Shown: positions 61,423 to 64,000 of the stretch, piece by piece | Numbering within the stretch: the stretch's first letter is position 1 | Layout of the letters: each line of letters starts with the position of its first letter | Source: an uncultured Alistipes sp. | GTDB taxonomy: Bacteria; Bacteroidota; Bacteroidia; Bacteroidales; Muribaculaceae | NCBI GenBank assembly: GCA_964638475.1 | Contig: CAZXAZ010000001.1 | Span: 110,640 to 174,639, forward strand | Reading direction: 5' to 3' | DNA length: 64,000 nt | Made by a program: the position numbers and the translations under genes | The notes under the pieces: model-generated | What the model was told of the DNA's origin: nothing | Seen by the model: the letters and a program-made list of their open reading frames with translations, nothing else | Database searches by the model: none

Positions 61423-61568
61423 TTTGTTTATGTAGAGGAGTGTCGTCGGTATCTCTCTTAAAAAATATGTGGAAAAATTTGGCGTGAGTTGTTATAAATA
61501 CATATCTTTGCATAACCCAAACAGAAAGTCAGTTTCGGGTTAGATTACTAAGATAAAATTACTCACAA

Positions 61569-62132
61569 ATGATATTTAATTTCCGCATAGTATCTGACGA
61601 AGTCGATAATTTCCGTCGCGAGATACAGATTGATGCAGATGCAACATTCCTTGATCTGAAGAATGCAATCTGCGATGCCGTTGGCTATGATAAAAACCAG
61701 ATGTCTTCTTTTTTCATCTGCGATGACCGTTGGGAGAAAGAGAAGGAGATAACCTTAGAAGATATGGGCTCTGATTCAGCTCAAGAGGTTTATCTGATGG
61801 AAGACAGTGTGTTGTCAGATTTTATAGACGATGAAGGTCAGCGTCTGATTTTCACTTTTGATTATCTTACAGATCGCTCGTTCTTCATAGAAATGAAGGA
61901 GTTGCAGACCGGTCGTTCACTCAAAGATCCCGTATGCTCATTGGCATTGGGTAAAGCTCCCGCTCAAAACATCGATTTTGAGGAGTTTGAAGAAAAGGCA
62001 GCTGCTAAAGCCAAAGCCGCTGCAGCTGCATCAGACGACCTTGGTGAAGATTTCTATGGCTCAGATTCTTACAATGACGATGAGTTTGACGTAGAAGGAT
62101 TTGACGAGATGACGTTTGACGATAAGTTTTGA
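61569..62132 (+). CDS. Conserved Bacteroidales protein (pRiA4b ORF-3 / IS1096 passenger TnpR-like family)
   Basis: F.REIQID..ATFLDL, KEITLEDMG, LIFTFDYL.DRSFFIE; acidic tail; TATCTTTG at 61503-61510. Confidence 0.8.
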   Translation: MIFNFRIVSDEVDNFRREIQIDADATFLDLKNAICDAVGYDKNQMSSFFICDDRWEKEKEITLEDMGSDSAQEVYLMEDSVLSDFIDDEGQRLIFTFDYLTDRSFFIEMKELQTGRSLKDPVCSLALGKAPAQNIDFEEFEEKAAAKAKAAAAASDDLGEDFYGSDSYNDDEFDVEGFDEMTFDDKF

Positions 62133-62223
62133 TGTATTGCTCTCTCATTCTCTTTTGTTCTCTTATTTGAGTTTAGCTCACTAAAACGCTTAAAATCCGA
62201 CGACGTTTAGAGTCGGTAAAAAT

Positions 62224-62252
62224 ATTGCAGCCTCGGATCACTTCCGAGGCTG
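62224..62252 (+). terminator. Hairpin after the 187-aa gene
   Basis: CAGCCTCGGA/TCCGAGGCTG stem. Confidence 0.65.
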
Positions 62253-62437
62253 TTGTTGTATATAATTTGCGCTACGAATAATTCGTTTTCTCACTTTTGC
62301 ACACACTCTCTCTATCTCGCTTTCTCCCTCCCTCTCTCTCTTCCTCCCTCTTACAAAAAAAATGAGCCTCCTCGCATTGAGAAGGCTCTTTGACCGCGGT
62401 TTGATAATATCCGCGTTTAGTTGCAAATCAGACGCTA

Positions 62438-62992
62438 TTATTTCTTACCGAAGTAACGCTCGTAAAGACCGGCGAAGCCGCGACCGTGACGAGCTTCATC
62501 TTTGGCCATTTCGTGAACAGTGTCGTGTATAGCGTCGAGGTTAGCTTTCTTTGCATTAGCAGCGATACGCATCTTGTCGGCATTTGCCCCAGCTTCAGCA
62601 TGCATACGCTTTTCCAAGTTGGTTTTGGTGTCCCATACGCAGTCGCCAAGGAGTTCGGCAAATTTAGCTGCGTGTTCTGCTTCTTCCCATGCGTAGCGCT
62701 TGAAGGCTTCAGCGATTTCAGGGTAGCCTTCGCGGTCGGCTTGGCGTGACATAGCTAAGTACATACCAACTTCAGTACATTCGCCCATGAAGTGAGTATT
62801 GAGGTCTTTGATCATCTCATCACCTGTTCCTTTTGCGATGCCGATTTCATGTTCGGTTACGAATTGGAGGGCGTTTTCTGTGTTGAGTTCTTCAAATTTG
62901 CTTTTAGGTGCGTTGCAGAGGGGGCATTTTTCAGGAGCTTCGTCGCCTTCGTGAATATAGCCACAGACAGCGCAGATAAATTTCTTAGTCAT
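62438..62992 (-). CDS. Reverse rubrerythrin / NADH peroxidase
   Basis: N-terminal rubredoxin CAVC..CPLC; di-iron ECTE..EEAEH..DEARH; TATCTTTG -7 at 63065-63072. Confidence 0.93.
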   Translation of the reverse strand: MTKKFICAVCGYIHEGDEAPEKCPLCNAPKSKFEELNTENALQFVTEHEIGIAKGTGDEMIKDLNTHFMGECTEVGMYLAMSRQADREGYPEIAEAFKRYAWEEAEHAAKFAELLGDCVWDTKTNLEKRMHAEAGANADKMRIAANAKKANLDAIHDTVHEMAKDEARHGRGFAGLYERYFGKK

Positions 62993-63179
62993 AGCGTAAC
63001 GTAATGTTTTTATGGTCTTGATTAGAATGAAAACCTTAAATGTTTTAGCTAGGTTTTCTTATTGCAAAGATAGAGAAAATATTTTAGTATCCAAATAAAA
63101 GAGGATCATCGCTTCATTATTTTTCGCTCTATATTGTTTTGTATTTCGACGATTATTTCTCTCTAAATTTCGAAAAAAA

Positions 63180-63213
63180 AGCGCCGAAATCGTCGCATTG
63201 ACGTTTCGGCGCT
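63180..63213 (-). terminator. Terminator after the edge gene
   Basis: AGCGCCGAAA/TTTCGGCGCT stem with a T-run on the minus strand. Confidence 0.8.
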
Positions 63214-63248
63214 AGATTTATGTGAGAATTATATCTGTTTTCAGCAGC

Positions 63249-64000
63249 TTATTCCATGCCAATCAACCATTCGGAATCGAGGAATGTAAACTCGCCGGGA
63301 GCGGTTACCTCGTAGTGGCTAACACAAGGCAATGTGCGGTAGTTGCCTGCGGGAGTCAATGCATAAGCATAGAAGTTGATTGTGTAGACAACTTGCAGAC
63401 CGGTAACAGGCTTAGCTTCAGGATATAATTGAGCAAGCACTGCGGGGAAGACTTCTGTGTCGCAACGCTCTTGCATTTTTGCTACAATTTCTTCATCAGT
63501 GTAGTCTTTCCAACCTTCTTCGTATTGAGCACGAGCTGAAGCTGCGCGAAGGTCGATGTTGCTCTGGTAAGAAGATGCTCCGCAATAGTAGTCGTTGTTA
63601 CCATAAGAAGTAACCCAGAACATACCAGATTTAATTGAAGTATCTCCTAGAGGAACACACTTATTCTCGTATACCCAATCAACGCAAGCTTGATAGAATG
63701 GGATAGATGCTGATTGACCCTTACCGGCAGGCAAGTTGATAGTAACGTTGGGGTCGAACATCCACTTGCCTTCTGCGAGAACAAACTGAGAGGTTTCGGT
63801 TTGGACGCCATTGAAGCGGGCCCATTCTGAACCGTTGTAGATATATTCAGCGCAAGCGTAACCTGAATTGTTGTAGAGAACATATTTTACATCGTCAACC
63901 TTAGCGTAGGGGAAGTTAAGCTTCAAGTAGGTAGGGATGTATGCATCGGGGGTAGACATAGAGCCGCTGAGACCCATTTCTGTGTAATCGCCCGGGTTGA
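63249..64000 (-). CDS. C-terminal part of an uncharacterised, probably exported protein (5'-truncated by window edge)
   Basis: Frame stays open upstream of the tracked Met (NPGDYTEMGL..) to the window end; aromatic-rich beta sequence. Confidence 0.7.
   Translation of the reverse strand, partial: NPGDYTEMGLSGSMSTPDAYIPTYLKLNFPYAKVDDVKYVLYNNSGYACAEYIYNGSEWARFNGVQTETSQFVLAEGKWMFDPNVTINLPAGKGQSASIPFYQACVDWVYENKCVPLGDTSIKSGMFWVTSYGNNDYYCGASSYQSNIDLRAASARAQYEEGWKDYTDEEIVAKMQERCDTEVFPAVLAQLYPEAKPVTGLQVVYTINFYAYALTPAGNYRTLPCVSHYEVTAPGEFTFLDSEWLIGME

Noticed and set aside
61569-62132. Mobile element suggested by the IS1096-passenger family name
   Set aside because: No transposase, terminal inverted repeats or target duplication; looks like a resident Bacteroidales gene

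Overview
A 64-kb chromosomal window from a Bacteroidales bacterium. The phylum call rests on many TAnnTTTG -7 promoter elements; a Muribaculaceae-like gut lineage is my inference. About two-thirds of the window is housekeeping: grpE-dnaJ, ispE, ileS-dksA-like-lspA, dnaB, nadE, ychF, class I fumarase, gpmI, ribBA, lptF, guaB, a DEAD-box helicase, a PPIase, znuAC-like genes, Lrp, tRNA-Gln and a reverse rubrerythrin. The accessory core (about 33.7-54 kb, minus strand) has three transcription units separated by terminators. (i) Three paralogous surface lipoproteins that share a pilin-like (S/T)RA motif; two end in putative carbohydrate-binding domains. (ii) A seven-gene envelope-spanning operon: TonB-dependent receptor, surface lipoprotein, second beta-barrel, exporter-type ABC ATPase with a Walker-B Glu->Asp change, permease, DUF4857-like membrane protein and a His/Cys lipoprotein. 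It is preceded by two copies of an unassigned palindrome ATACCTA-N4-TAGGTAT, which recurs upstream of the Fe-S fumarase. (iii) A GH76+GH2 pair with no SusC/SusD. Also notable are an alpha/beta-hydrolase-membrane-MurF-Ddl operon and a 54-aa Cys/His gene below the ORF-track cutoff. No CRISPR array, rRNA, transposase or integrase was seen. Domain-family names (DUF numbers, PCMD) are recognised from memory, not from a search.
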